From Vulcanimicrobiota bacterium (GTDB lineage: Bacteria; Vulcanimicrobiota; Vulcanimicrobiia; Vulcanimicrobiales; Vulcanimicrobiaceae): a stretch of 64,000 nt of DNA. The notes beneath the pieces were generated by a model that was not told the origin of the DNA, searched no databases, and saw only the letters and a list, made by a program, of their open reading frames with translations. Position 1 is the stretch's first letter. Each line of letters opens with the position of its first letter. Shown in pieces: positions 1-9,726 of this stretch. A program made the translations under genes and the position numbers. Location of the stretch: assembly GCA_963833095.1 (NCBI GenBank), contig CAWHWQ010000005.1, positions 320,001 through 384,000 of the forward strand, given 5' to 3'.

Positions 1-947
1 ACATCGACGTCGGCGAGGATCGGATTGTGTAAATTGAAGTCGATGTGATCGTACGCGTACGAGTCGACGGTGATCGCCTGCAGGCCGCTGTTGGGCGATG
101 CGGCCAGCGCCTGATAGCGCGGCCAATTGATTGCCGTACCGCGTGCGAGCACGTCGATCGCGTGTGTTTGAACCTGCGTCTCAAGTGTATTCTCGTCGGG
201 TTCCGAATAAAGGTCGACCTCGTTGAGCTTGGGTTTACCTAAATAATAATCCGGATTGGCGGCCATGCGCACAACGGTGCCGCGCTCCCACTGAATCACG
301 CGAAACGGTCCGCTGCCGATCGGCATCGCGTTGAACGGCGCCGAGTTCTGCGTGCCCGCGGCGACAAAGGGCGCCAGGATATGCTCGGGAAGGATCGGCG
401 TGCTGCTGTTTACGCCCCAAAGCTGTTCCAGAAAGGGCGCGTAGAGGCGCTTCATGTGAATGACTGCCACGTGCTCGTCGCCGCAATCGATCGAACCGAT
501 ATCGCGGTAGCCGTCGGTGATCGCCACGTTCGTCTTCGGATTCATCACGTAACGCCAGGTGAATTTGAGATCCTCGCAGGTCAACGGTTTGCCGTCCTGC
601 CACGTAATGTTTGGGCGCAACTTATACTTGAGCGTCAGGCCATCTTTGCTTACATCGCCGTTCGTCAGCGAGGGTACCTCACGCAGCGCGTCGGGCACCG
701 GATTGCCCTTGCCGTCGTAGCGTATCGCATACGAGAAAATAAACATCGACACGTCGAGGCTGATCACACTGGTGTCGAGCGCCGGATTGAGTGATTTTAC
801 GTCGTACGCTTCACCGATGCGCAGTACGCCGGGACGCGTCCAAGGATGCCGTCCGCCCGTTGCGCCTTGGTCCGTCTTTGAGCACGCCGCCACGCCGCAC
901 GCGACCAGGACGAGCGCCGCCAGCGCGCGAGCAAATCGTCGGATCAA
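1..947 (-). CDS. Peptide ABC transporter substrate-binding lipoprotein (family 5), partial, runs off window start
   Basis: Manual translation from TTG at 947: MIRRFARALAALVLVACGVAACSKTDQ...PWTRPGVLRIGEAYDVKSLNP...WQDGKPLT; lipobox; resembles 38964..40589. Missing from the ORF track because there is no stop in the window. Confidence 0.85.
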   Translation of the reverse strand, partial: MIRRFARALAALVLVACGVAACSKTDQGATGGRHPWTRPGVLRIGEAYDVKSLNPALDTSVISLDVSMFIFSYAIRYDGKGNPVPDALREVPSLTNGDVSKDGLTLKYKLRPNITWQDGKPLTCEDLKFTWRYVMNPKTNVAITDGYRDIGSIDCGDEHVAVIHMKRLYAPFLEQLWGVNSSTPILPEHILAPFVAAGTQNSAPFNAMPIGSGPFRVIQWERGTVVRMAANPDYYLGKPKLNEVDLYSEPDENTLETQVQTHAIDVLARGTAINWPRYQALAASPNSGLQAITVDSYAYDHIDFNLHNPILADVD

Positions 948-2087
948 GCGTTGCTGCCGAGCATCGATTCGGGATCGATGCCGTGGAGGGCGCAAAATTC
1001 CCGGTAAGCCTGTGGCGTGATCTCCGAGGGTTTGATCTCGCTGCGTCCGCCCCAAAAGACGTTCGTATACGAAAAATCAATGCCGGCTTCGCGCAGATGC
1101 TCGTCGATCGCAGCTTTGTGCGCAAGCACGCGTTCCTTTTCCATTCCGTGCGCTACCGCCATGACGTTCACGTTCTTGAAATTCCGGACCGCCCTCGCGC
1201 CAATAGGCGTGCGTTATCACGAAGTGCCGCCCGACTTCACGCCCCGCCTCGATCTCGCGCCCGGGCGGAACGGCCCAGTGGAACAGCGCGTTGTAGCGGG
1301 TGACGCGCTCGTCGTTCGCGGTCGCCTTGACGTGTTCGAGGAAGGTCGAAAACCGCCCGATCACCCGCTGCTCGTTGAGTCCGCGCGCCACGCGCGCAAA
1401 TTCCTCAGGGCTTACGCCGGCTTCGCTCGCGCGCGCGAGCCAGACGTCGCGAACGATCTCCTCCGGCGCAAATTCGCGTTTGAGCGCCGTGAGCACACGC
1501 CACTCGAGCGGCGAGAGCTCGACGATTGCCGTATTGTTCGGCTCGGCGAGCGCATCCGCGCGCGCGCCCGGCTCGAGGCCGCGACGGCGCATGTGCCCGA
1601 CGCCCAGCGCGAAGACCATCTTCGCGGGCATCAACGCAAAGTGATCAGCGCCCACTTTGCCGGCGAGAAACTCGGCGTGCTTTTGCAGCGAGTAGCCCTG
1701 GGGCACCTTGAGCGTCGTCCAAAGACGGTAGGTGCTCCCCGGCGTCGCGGTGTCGGTGGACCGTATCACCACGTGGCCCGAAAACGGATCTTCCTTGAAC
1801 ATATAGTCAAAGGCGCGATCGAGCCGATCGGCTGGGACCTGCCACGCCACGAGCGCGCCTCGCGCAAGGTTCGTCGACATCAAGGTCTGGCGCACGCGCC
1901 GGATCGTCCCTGCGCGCAGCATCGCGACCACGCGCTCGATGACGGTGTCCGGCGCGATCCCGCTGCGCGCGGCGATCTCACCGAACGGATCCTCTTGGAA
2001 GCCCTGGAGGCGATCTTCAGAGACCGCCAGGATTGCGGCGTTGACCGGGTCGGAGACCGCGGCTGGAACGGTGGGCTGCGAGGACAT
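944..2087 (-). CDS. Lrp/AsnC-fold siroheme decarboxylase-like protein (fused AhbA/AhbB, NirDL-like); apparent 1-nt frameshift near 1181
   Basis: ORFs 1077..2087 and 944..1171 join as ...HAYWREGGPEF-KNVNVMAVAHG... if one T is removed; two HTH plus AsnC-type repeats. Confidence 0.7.
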
Positions 2088-2197
2088 GAGCGCAGCCTTT
2101 GACTGCGCGCCGAGATCGCCCTTGCTACCTGCGCGATGCAGGTGAAGGTTCGGAGCAACAGGAGCTGCGACCGGACGCAGCCCACGACCGAACCCGC

Positions 2198-3691
2198 CTA
2201 AAGGCTCAGGTCGCTCGCCCCTAGCGCGTAGTAGTACTGCTGTTCGGCCAGACGCTCGCCATAGAGTCCGGCGACGTAGTCGCGCTGCGCGGTCGCGAGG
2301 TTTGCTTCGGCGATCACGATTGCGGTGATCGTCGACGCACCCACCTTATATTGTGCCTGCGTGGCTTGGAGGCTCACCGTAGCGCTGGTCACCTCGGCTT
2401 GCGCCTGCACCAGCGTGGCCCGCGCCGAGATCAGATTGGCGAGGCCGCCGCGTACGTCGGACTGCACTTGCAGTCGCTCCGCAGTCAATGCGGCGCTGCC
2501 TTCATCGAGTGTCGCGGCTGCGACGGCGACGTTGTAATTGGTCTGCCCCTGATCGTAGATCGGGATGCTCAAGGTGGCGCCGATCGACTGCGGCGTCGAA
2601 TAAGGCAGCGACGCGTTCTCGCCGCTGATGATGGTCCGGCTCTTGCCGGCGCTGGCGTCGGCGGTCAGTGACGGGAAGCGCGCAAGCTTGGCAAAGCGCA
2701 GATTCTCTTTATCCGCTTCGACCGTATGCTCCGCCGCAATAAAATCGGGACGAAGCGTAAAAGCTTGCTGAAGCGATTGCGCGTAACTCAGCACTTTGGC
2801 CTGGGCCGGCGACGCTGCAAGCAATTGTGGATTGATCTGCGTATCCGCGTCGAGTCCGAGCGCCGTCGTGAACGTCGCTTGGGCTGCAATCGCCAGGCCT
2901 TGCGCGGTGATGAGTACTCCGCGCGCCTGCGCGGTCTGAAATTGCGCTGCAGCTAGATCGGAACGAGGCGCGGCCCCGGTACGAATCTGCGCTTCGACGT
3001 ACTGCTCGTTGATCTCGAATTCGCGCACCAGCGCGGCGTCCGAAGCAACCGATGCGTTGTCCTCGAGGAGCGTGTAGTAGTCGGTCGCGACCGTGAACGC
3101 GAGGAGTTGTAGTTGGCGTAAGAGCGTGTCGCGGCCCGCAAAGTCGGCTTCTTTCGCGCTTCGAATGCCCGCGACCGTACGTCCGCCGTCAAAGATCAAC
3201 TCGCTGATCGTTATCTGAGCCGAGAGCGACGTGCTTGTCGCGCCGTTCGGCGCCGTCGTGCTGCCCGGTGCGGCCGTCGCCCCGTTGTTATTGCCACCGC
3301 CGATCGATCCGAACGAGCGATTAGCGGAGGCATTTGCCGAAACGGCTGGGAGCAGCGCGCCCTGTTCGGCGCCGTACCGTGCGGCGATGGCGCGGTATTG
3401 CGCGCGCTCGGAAGAAAACGTCGGCGATTGCGCCACGGCAATGTCGATGGCTTGGTTCAACGTCACCGACATCGGAATGCCCGGCTTCGCGATTTGCGCC
3501 GCGACATCGGGTGCGGGCGATCCGTACGCCGGATAGGGAATCGGCGTACCCGACATGGTTGGCATAGGAGCAGGCGTTGGAACGGCGATCGGCGCTTGCG
3601 ACGGCGCTGCGCCGACCGCAAGCGGCGCGCACAAACCCAGCGCGAGGGCAACCGGCAGCGATCGCGCCATAAAACGGCGAGCAGAGGTCAT
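2198..3691 (-). CDS. TolC family outer membrane efflux protein
   Basis: Signal peptide, two OEP repeats (LLPAVSANAS, LSIPIYDQG, QYKVGAST). Confidence 0.9.
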   Translation of the reverse strand: MTSARRFMARSLPVALALGLCAPLAVGAAPSQAPIAVPTPAPMPTMSGTPIPYPAYGSPAPDVAAQIAKPGIPMSVTLNQAIDIAVAQSPTFSSERAQYRAIAARYGAEQGALLPAVSANASANRSFGSIGGGNNNGATAAPGSTTAPNGATSTSLSAQITISELIFDGGRTVAGIRSAKEADFAGRDTLLRQLQLLAFTVATDYYTLLEDNASVASDAALVREFEINEQYVEAQIRTGAAPRSDLAAAQFQTAQARGVLITAQGLAIAAQATFTTALGLDADTQINPQLLAASPAQAKVLSYAQSLQQAFTLRPDFIAAEHTVEADKENLRFAKLARFPSLTADASAGKSRTIISGENASLPYSTPQSIGATLSIPIYDQGQTNYNVAVAAATLDEGSAALTAERLQVQSDVRGGLANLISARATLVQAQAEVTSATVSLQATQAQYKVGASTITAIVIAEANLATAQRDYVAGLYGERLAEQQYYYALGASDLSL

Positions 3692-4947
3692 TGCGAGGAG
3701 CTTCCCCCATTGGCCGGAGCCTGAGCGTTCGTTGAATTGACGGCGACGGTACTGCCGTCTTTGAGGGTATCAGGGCGGGTCGTGATCACTTTGGTTCCCG
3801 CCTGAACCTTGGGCGAGATCACTTCCGACAGGGTGTCGGTCTGCACGCCAAGGCGGACCGGAACCTCTTGCGCCTTGTTGTCCGAGCCGACGATATACAC
3901 TGCATACCCATTCTCGGTTTGGGCTACCGCCGACCGCGGCACGACGATGGTATTTTCATGGGCCTGGCGTGGAACCGTCGCGGTAACCAGCATGCCGCCG
4001 CGCAGCACGTCGCCGGCGTTGGGCATTTGAATGCGTGCCAGGTACGAGAGCGTTCCGGCCGTGGGCACCGCATTCACCGTACTCACGCGCGCTTGAAAGG
4101 TACGCCCCGGCAAGGACGTCGAGGTAAAACTCACCGTCGAACCGGCACGCACGTAGGGAAGATCCGTATCCGGCACGTTGATGTTGATCCAGACCGTGTC
4201 GACGCGCGAGATCGCCAGCACCGGCGCTTGCGGTCCGGCGTACGCGCCCGGGTCAAGCAAACGCTGAGTGATCACCCCGTTGTAGGGCGCATAGAGCGTG
4301 GTCTGCGAGACCTGCGTGCCAAGCGTTCGCGCGTTGGCCGCTGCAGCTTGCGCCGCAGCCACCGCCGCCTTGGTGTTTTGCGCGCTCACGGTATTGTTGC
4401 GCAAGCCGATCTGGGCTGTGTTGTAGGCGTTCTCGGCCTGGACATAGGCTGCGCGCGCGGCCTCGAGTTGCGACTGCGAAACGTAGCCGCTCTTATAAAG
4501 CTCGGTGTCTTGGTCGTAGACGAGTTTAGCGTTGCGCAAGGCCGCCTGCGCAGTCGCAAGCGTGGCCTGGTTTGTCTCGACTAGCACCGGCAGGCCGACT
4601 TGAGAGCCGGTCGCGGTCGCGGATTGTTGCTGCGCCATCGCCTGCGCTTGCGAATATTGCGCGCGCAACACCGTGTCGTCGATCCGAGCGAGCACCTGGC
4701 CGGCACGCACCTGGTCGCCCACATTGACTGAAATCGATGTGATGGTCCCGTTCTGTTGGAACGCCAGCACTGACTGCTCGAGCGGCGCCACCTGGCCATC
4801 GAGCGACACGTACGTTGCGATGTTCTGTCGCGTCGCGGGCGCAACGTCGACGCTCAAAGGCGGCATTTGACGCTGCGGACTGTGGCCGCACGCACTCAAC
4901 GTGAGTGTGGCGCCAAGTGCGAAGACCGCAGCTCGCTGGTAATGCAT
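3688..4947 (-). CDS. Efflux periplasmic adaptor (membrane fusion protein), lipoprotein
   Basis: Start MHYQR after GGGAG; lipobox LSAC; VGDQVRAGQVLARID, coiled coil, LYAPYNGVI. Confidence 0.9.
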   Translation of the reverse strand: MHYQRAAVFALGATLTLSACGHSPQRQMPPLSVDVAPATRQNIATYVSLDGQVAPLEQSVLAFQQNGTITSISVNVGDQVRAGQVLARIDDTVLRAQYSQAQAMAQQQSATATGSQVGLPVLVETNQATLATAQAALRNAKLVYDQDTELYKSGYVSQSQLEAARAAYVQAENAYNTAQIGLRNNTVSAQNTKAAVAAAQAAAANARTLGTQVSQTTLYAPYNGVITQRLLDPGAYAGPQAPVLAISRVDTVWININVPDTDLPYVRAGSTVSFTSTSLPGRTFQARVSTVNAVPTAGTLSYLARIQMPNAGDVLRGGMLVTATVPRQAHENTIVVPRSAVAQTENGYAVYIVGSDNKAQEVPVRLGVQTDTLSEVISPKVQAGTKVITTRPDTLKDGSTVAVNSTNAQAPANGGSSSQ

Positions 4948-5094
4948 GGTACTCCCTATCTTTTTGACGGATCGCTTGTCTATGGCTGGATACGGTCGAC
5001 CCGCCCGCTTTGATTCATGATCCTGGGTCGAAATCCTGATAACTCCCGGAACATCGCTAGGAGCAAGCTCGGTTTCCGCGTATTCTCCCCGGGC

Positions 5095-5496
5095 ATGAGC
5101 GCGAAACTGGAGATCGGCCGCGCGTACAGCCTTCAAACCCGGGTCGAAGAATGGATGACCGCCGAGAAGGCCGGCAACAAGGGCGTCGATGTTCTCTCGA
5201 CCTCGATGCTGGTGCAGCTGGTCGAAACCGCCGCGCTCGCATGCATCGAGCCTGGGCTCGACCCCGCGTTCATCTCGCTAGGGACTCATATCGACCTGGA
5301 ACACCATAAACCCGTTCCAGTCGGTTTCATTGTCCGCACCGAAGTCGAGGTCGTGATGGTCGATGGACCGCGCTTGAGTTTTGCTGTCGCAGTGTTCGAC
5401 GAGCGGGAAGCCGTCGCCGAGGGCACGCACGAACGCTATTTGATCGAACGGTCGAAATTTCTCGCAAAGCTTGAAGAAAAGCTCGCCTCGGGCTAG
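5095..5496 (+). CDS. Hot-dog fold thioesterase, fluoroacetyl-CoA thioesterase (FlK)-like
   Basis: VLSTSMLVQLVE, GTHIDLEHHKPVPVG and GTHER motifs. Confidence 0.85.
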   Translation: MSAKLEIGRAYSLQTRVEEWMTAEKAGNKGVDVLSTSMLVQLVETAALACIEPGLDPAFISLGTHIDLEHHKPVPVGFIVRTEVEVVMVDGPRLSFAVAVFDEREAVAEGTHERYLIERSKFLAKLEEKLASG

Positions 5497-5511
5497 GGTT
5501 AAAGAAACTAA

Positions 5512-5606
5512 AGGCAGCCTGGGTCTCACTGCAGGGGGGGCAAACGGCCTCCCGAACACATTAAGAAGGATTGTCTCCGGGCCGTGCCCTTTTTTGGCCG
5601 CTGCCT
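5512..5606 (+). promoter_or_regulatory. Long imperfect stem-loop upstream of the stalk/beta-barrel gene (structured 5' leader or terminator)
   Basis: AGGCAGC (5512-5518) pairs with GCTGCCT (5600-5606); inner GGGC..ACGGCC pairs with GGCCGTGCCC followed by a T run. Confidence 0.45.
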
Positions 5607-5654
5607 CGAGACAACTCGTGGACTCATAGAATACTCGAAATCTAGGAGGAAACA

Positions 5655-6986
5655 TTGAAGCGACTGAGCACCGGAGTCCTCGCCGCGCTGTTAACGGCCG
5701 GTTTGGGACTTAACGCGGTTGCTGCTCCGACCTCCGCATCGCATGGAAACATTGGAACCAACGCGATTGCGCAGGCCTCGGGTGGCGCCATGGAGGCTCC
5801 GCCGGCGAACTTCGGTTCCCCGCCGTCGGGGCAGATCCCGATTCTCTTCAACGACCACCATGTCTATGCCAAGCCCGACGTCCTCAAGCAGGGTCGCGTG
5901 CTCGCTGCGCTCGTGCGCGGCGGTACCGTGCTCATCCCGCTTCGTTCGATGTTTGAGCAAATGGGCGCGACCGTTTCGTACGACGCGTCAAGCAAGACGG
6001 TGGACGTTAGTAAGCCCGGCGCCGACGTGAAGGTCACGGTCGGCAAACCGGAAGTGGTCATCAACGGTGAATCGCGTCCGTTGGACGTGCCGCCGATCAT
6101 GTACCAAGGGCATGTGCTCGTTCCGGTCCGTGTAATTTCGGAAGGAATGGGCGCGTACGTTCAGTGGGTGCCCGACCGGCAGATTGTCGTCGTGCGGTAC
6201 ATCCCGCCGACGCCGCCGCCGACTCCGACCCCGCCGCCCCCGCCGCCGCCGGCAACTGCACCGCCGACGCCGACCCCGGCGCCGGTTGCAACGCCGTACA
6301 AGGATCTCTTCGTCGCGGGTGATTACCTCGCGTCGCAAAAGGTCTACGACGAGTTCAGCCCGGGCAATAACGCGTGGGGCAACAACAACGGATTCTCGTT
6401 CGGTGTCCATGGAGCCGCTGAGTTTAATCTCTTCGGTCTGCCCTGGATGCTCGAAGGCAACTACCAGCAGCTCAATTACCCGCATAACTGCAGCGTCGAT
6501 TCGACAACCTTCGCGCCGCAGGCGAACTGCTACGTTACGACGATCGGCGGCCTCGGTTCAACCGCGGTTCCGGCGACAACCGTTCGTGACTACGACTTCG
6601 AAGGAAAACTCGGACTCAAGATTGCCGATCCGCGCATCTACATCGGCGTCGGCTATCTGTGGCGTTCGAACAACGTGGGATATCCCAAGCTCGGGAACAT
6701 CGGCTTCGGGCTGGAAAAACTGCCCGACCTCGATAAGCCGTTCTCGGTCTACGGGAGTGTGTGGTACTACGGTAACGTGAAGGGCAACTTCACCGATCCA
6801 TCGGGGAATTCGTACGCGCTTGCGTACAACATTCTCAACTACCAGCTCGGTCTCACGTACGTGTTCGGCACGAGCCCGCTCTTCATCGAAGGTGGACTCG
6901 TCGGTCAAGAGATCAAGAACAAGAGCAATGCTCCGAGCAACGCGTCCAACTTTGGACCGTTCATCGGACTCGGCCTCAAGTTCTGA
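5655..6986 (+). CDS. Secreted protein: copper amine oxidase N-terminal (stalk) domain, Pro/Thr linker, predicted outer membrane beta-barrel
   Basis: AGGAGG before TTG; VLIPLRSMFEQMGATVSYD and VLVPVRVISEGMGAYVQW stalk motifs; poly-Pro linker; amphipathic strands ending GLGLKF. Confidence 0.8.
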   Translation: MKRLSTGVLAALLTAGLGLNAVAAPTSASHGNIGTNAIAQASGGAMEAPPANFGSPPSGQIPILFNDHHVYAKPDVLKQGRVLAALVRGGTVLIPLRSMFEQMGATVSYDASSKTVDVSKPGADVKVTVGKPEVVINGESRPLDVPPIMYQGHVLVPVRVISEGMGAYVQWVPDRQIVVVRYIPPTPPPTPTPPPPPPPATAPPTPTPAPVATPYKDLFVAGDYLASQKVYDEFSPGNNAWGNNNGFSFGVHGAAEFNLFGLPWMLEGNYQQLNYPHNCSVDSTTFAPQANCYVTTIGGLGSTAVPATTVRDYDFEGKLGLKIADPRIYIGVGYLWRSNNVGYPKLGNIGFGLEKLPDLDKPFSVYGSVWYYGNVKGNFTDPSGNSYALAYNILNYQLGLTYVFGTSPLFIEGGLVGQEIKNKSNAPSNASNFGPFIGLGLKF

Positions 6987-7068
6987 AACGGTACGACCCG
7001 GCCCAACGGCCGGGTCGCACACCCTATCCTCCGAACCTTCACCCACCTCGTGGTGGGTTAGGAAAAAC

Positions 7069-7104
7069 AAAGAGGCCTCCGAGAAATCGGGGGCCTCTTT
7101 ATTT
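7069..7104. terminator. Bidirectional intrinsic terminator between convergent genes
   Basis: AAAGAGGCCTCCGA-GAAA-TCGGGGGCCTCTTT with A and T tracts on either side. Confidence 0.85.
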
Positions 7105-7838
7105 TAATGCTTCGGCGTCGGCGTCGGAGTCGGTGCCTGCATCGGCTGGTCGGTCGGAACCGGCGAGGGCTGAACGCATGGCGGCGTGATGATGTCGACA
7201 CTCGGCTGTCCCGCCGCTCGCGGCGGCGTCGCGGTCGCGGAAGGCGCGACCTCCGCCGGCACGACAACCCCGCTTGGGAGAGGCGTCGGGCAGAGCTGCG
7301 CATTTGCAAAATAGTGCTCGGTGAATCCGCGCGCGATATCGGCCTTCTCGAGCTTTCCGAAATACGTCCCGCCGAAACGCGACGTAAGGACGTGCATGTA
7401 CGTCCACGCCTTTTGCTGCGCATCTTGCGTATAGATTTTCCTATACATCACGATCGCCAGATAATAGCTGCGCGCCAACTGTGGATCGCCCGGGTAACGA
7501 TGCGACCACTGTTCGAGCGCTTCGTCCGCAAAAGCGACTTTGTTGATGATGCCCGAGTCGGTCGTATAGTCGCCGGCGCGAATCGTCTCATCGTGGAACG
7601 TGTTGTTGATGCCGAGAAAGCTCATCTTCATGCGGCCGAAATACTCGTCGCCGGGGGCCGAGTGGCTGTAATTTTCGCATTGCTGCTTTTCCCACTTGCT
7701 CTTGAGGCTCGCGCATTTATCTTTCGAAGCCGGCGTCGCGGCCGGTTTGGGCGCGCTCGCCGCCATCGCAGCGGAACCGAGCGCGACGCTCAGTGCAAGG
7801 GACGCGGCACACGCAAAGAACGGAGTAAGTTTCACCAA
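7104..7838 (-). CDS. Hypothetical secreted protein with Pro/Thr-rich C-terminus
   Basis: GGAGA upstream; signal peptide; APGDEYFGRMKMSFLGINN core. Confidence 0.75.
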   Translation of the reverse strand: MVKLTPFFACAASLALSVALGSAAMAASAPKPAATPASKDKCASLKSKWEKQQCENYSHSAPGDEYFGRMKMSFLGINNTFHDETIRAGDYTTDSGIINKVAFADEALEQWSHRYPGDPQLARSYYLAIVMYRKIYTQDAQQKAWTYMHVLTSRFGGTYFGKLEKADIARGFTEHYFANAQLCPTPLPSGVVVPAEVAPSATATPPRAAGQPSVDIITPPCVQPSPVPTDQPMQAPTPTPTPKH

Positions 7839-7930
7839 GGTGTCTCCCTAGTCGATGCCCGTAGGGGCAGCTTTATCGATTGCAGGTATTCGCAAGGCCA
7901 GGAGCGCCTCCCGCGTAGAATTGTTCTTCT

Positions 7931-9232
7931 GTGACCTCTCAGGTGATTCGCCTTGCGGCGCTGCAGTTGCGCGCGCACGATCGCGGTGATTATGAGCGCC
8001 TGCGCGCTTCCATTATCGAGCGCATCGAGCGAGCCGCTCGTGGACACGATCTCCTCGTGCTTCCCGAAGGGACCTTCCCGTCCTATGTGCTCGGCGACGC
8101 GGGAATCGACGATCGCTTGGTTGCGGACACGCTGGCCGAGCTGGCGCAGATTGCGCGTACCACCTCCTGCGTAATCGTCGCGGGCGCTGCGATGCGTCGT
8201 GACGACGCTCTCTACAACAGCGCGGTCGTCGTAGACCGCGATGGGTCGATCGCCGGGTCGGCGGAAAAGATCTTCCTCTGGCACTTCGACCGGCAATGGT
8301 TCGCGCCGGGATCCGCGATTGCGCCGATCGATACTTCGCTCGGACGCCTAGGCGTCCTGATCTGCGCCGATGGTCGCATGCCCGGAATCGGTCGCGCGCT
8401 GGTCGACGGCGGCGCAGAACTTCTCGTCATGCCGACTGCATGGGTAACTTCGGGGCGTAATCCACACGAACTCGAAAATTTGCAAGCCGATCTCCTCGCG
8501 CAGGTGCGCGCCTTTGAGAACGGCGTGCCGTTCGTCGCAGCCAATAAGTGCGGGGTCGAGCTGCAGATGGTTGCCTACTGCGGAAAATCGCAGATCGTCA
8601 GTGCTGCAGGTGCCCTGCTTGCGATCGCGTCGCAGGCCGAGGAAGAACTCGTCAGCGCGCGGGTAGAATTGGCCGTTCCCGCGCCGAAGCGCGCACGCGT
8701 TCCATCGCCGCAGAAGCGCGCCGAGCAAAGCGAGCGCGTGCTGCGAGTCGCGTTAGCGGCTCACGCGTTGCCGCCGAATTTGGCGGAGCGCTTGCGCATC
8801 CTCGAGGCCGACGTGGCGCTAGCGTCGAGCGGCGCGGATGACTTCGTTGCAGTCGACGCCGTGTTGCCTGCGGTGCGCGTCGATGCCACCGACGCCTTTG
8901 ACCCCGGACTGCTCCTCCAATACCGTATGGCCGGATACCGGCTCGCTATCCTGGATGCGGCGTCGTCACACCCGTGGCTCGAGCGCGTTGCTCGCGCGCG
9001 CGCAGCCGAGCTGCGGCTGTACGTCATCGTCTTTGACCGGGCAGCGCCGCGCGCTTATGCGATCGATCCGGACGGTGCGATCGTCGCCGGTACGTTCGAC
9101 GGCTACGAGATCGCAAGCTTTGCACTCGATTCGCGCCGCACCGCGCAAACGCTCGTGGCCCCCCACACCGACGTCGCCGATGGCGTCGCGCTGGTACAGT
9201 CACTTTCGCAACGCGCGGCGAGCGTTTCGTGA
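7931..9232 (+). CDS. Carbon-nitrogen hydrolase (nitrilase superfamily) with C-terminal extension
   Basis: Catalytic triad contexts VLPEG, AEKIFL and ICADG; VMPTAW; RAFENG. Confidence 0.85.
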   Translation: MTSQVIRLAALQLRAHDRGDYERLRASIIERIERAARGHDLLVLPEGTFPSYVLGDAGIDDRLVADTLAELAQIARTTSCVIVAGAAMRRDDALYNSAVVVDRDGSIAGSAEKIFLWHFDRQWFAPGSAIAPIDTSLGRLGVLICADGRMPGIGRALVDGGAELLVMPTAWVTSGRNPHELENLQADLLAQVRAFENGVPFVAANKCGVELQMVAYCGKSQIVSAAGALLAIASQAEEELVSARVELAVPAPKRARVPSPQKRAEQSERVLRVALAAHALPPNLAERLRILEADVALASSGADDFVAVDAVLPAVRVDATDAFDPGLLLQYRMAGYRLAILDAASSHPWLERVARARAAELRLYVIVFDRAAPRAYAIDPDGAIVAGTFDGYEIASFALDSRRTAQTLVAPHTDVADGVALVQSLSQRAASVS

Positions 9233-9726
9233 TCCACCCTTCTGCGCAGCCCCAGCACGAACGCCTCGTTCCATTCTTCACCGCCGTCGTCGCCGTTCTC
9301 GCGGCACTCGGTACCCTCTATTCGCATCACCGGTCCATCCAGGCGCTGGCGCTACGCAACGATGCGGTGCTCCTGACGCAAAAGGCCTCGGACCAGTACC
9401 AGTACTATCAGAGCAAACTGCTGCGGGTCACGCTCTATCAAGCGCTCAAGTTGCCCAAAGATGCGTCGAACGAGCAGCGCTCGTCGCTCGCCGTGTATAC
9501 CGCGGCTAAACATCTCGAGGAGCAAGCCGATCGCGAACAAGATCATGCCGAAGCCCTTTTGACGTCGTTTGAAACGCTCGAGATCGCGACAACACTCTTC
9601 GAAATCTCCATCGCGTTCGCGTCCATCGCCGCCCTCACTGACGCACGCATTCCCTTGTGGTTCGGCATCGGACTGACCGCGATCGGCATGGTCCTCGGTA
9701 TTATCGGGTACTTTCAAGCGCATTGA
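9229..9726 (+). CDS. DUF4337-like membrane protein
   Basis: N-terminal TM, ASDQYQYYQSK motif, C-terminal TM hairpin (EISIAFASIAAL). Confidence 0.75.
   Translation: MIHPSAQPQHERLVPFFTAVVAVLAALGTLYSHHRSIQALALRNDAVLLTQKASDQYQYYQSKLLRVTLYQALKLPKDASNEQRSSLAVYTAAKHLEEQADREQDHAEALLTSFETLEIATTLFEISIAFASIAALTDARIPLWFGIGLTAIGMVLGIIGYFQAH

Noticed and set aside
1170..1190. Programmed frameshift in the AhbAB-like gene
   Set aside because: No slippery heptamer or downstream structure seen; a single extra base is more simply a sequencing error.
5530..5600. c-di-GMP-I riboswitch (GGCAAAC seen)
   Set aside because: No GNRA-capped P2 or GCAAAGC junction follows; only a generic long hairpin is supported.
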